A DNA stretch of 63,493 bases, the filler included, from Octopus bimaculoides (taxonomy: Eukaryota), in the NCBI RefSeq assembly GCF_001194135.2. It is 8 parts of 7 records of this genome, joined end to end, with 100 filler letters (N's around TTAATTAATTAA, not from the genome) between each part and the next. Parts side by side here need not be neighbours in the genome. Positions count along the whole stretch, not along the records: positions 61,973 to 63,493 come from NC_068995.1; 7 more parts are not named here. One strand, 5' to 3'. Positions 63,458 to 63,493 of the stretch are shown piece by piece; positions within the stretch are counted from its first letter, which is position 1; each line of letters opens with the position of its first letter. Under the pieces are notes generated by a model that was not told where the DNA came from, did no database searches, and was given only the letters and a program-made list of their open reading frames with translations. A program made the position numbers and the translations under genes.

Positions 63458-63493
63458 CGACGACGATGATGATTATGATGATGATTATGATGA
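63060..63493. repeat. (GAT/GAC)n degenerate trinucleotide array
   Basis: Direct reading. Confidence 0.95.

Overview
Eukaryotic, AT-rich, repeat-dominated draft-assembly window with about 7 kb of N gaps. Seven of the 100-bp gaps contain an artificial TTAATTAATTAA six-frame-stop spacer. The SINE families and extreme microsatellite load suggest a coleoid cephalopod, probably Octopus (inference from recognition, not a database search). Almost all ORFs in the supplied track are microsatellite or N artefacts. The real content is: (1) dense di/tri/tetranucleotide microsatellites and several minisatellites; (2) at least four tRNA-derived or RTE-tailed SINE families; (3) fragments of restriction-like-endonuclease (R4/Dong-type) LINEs, mostly abutting (TAA)n arrays; (4) L1/Tx1, RTE, Penelope-like (RT/GIY-YIG), Helitron, hAT, mariner and Chapaev-type remnants; (5) several minimal type I hammerhead-ribozyme-like motifs, one inside a tRNA-headed element bounded by inverted repeats; (6) a previously hidden spliced minus-strand gene at about 19.3-23.9 kb. 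This gene is built from tandemly duplicated exon+intron units: three 69-nt phase-1 exons, a 177-nt exon with a (QNPPA)7 expansion, a probable terminal exon and a polyA signal. It encodes an orphan-looking protein. No rRNA, intact tRNA, CRISPR array or prokaryotic system is supported. All alignments and translations were done by eye.
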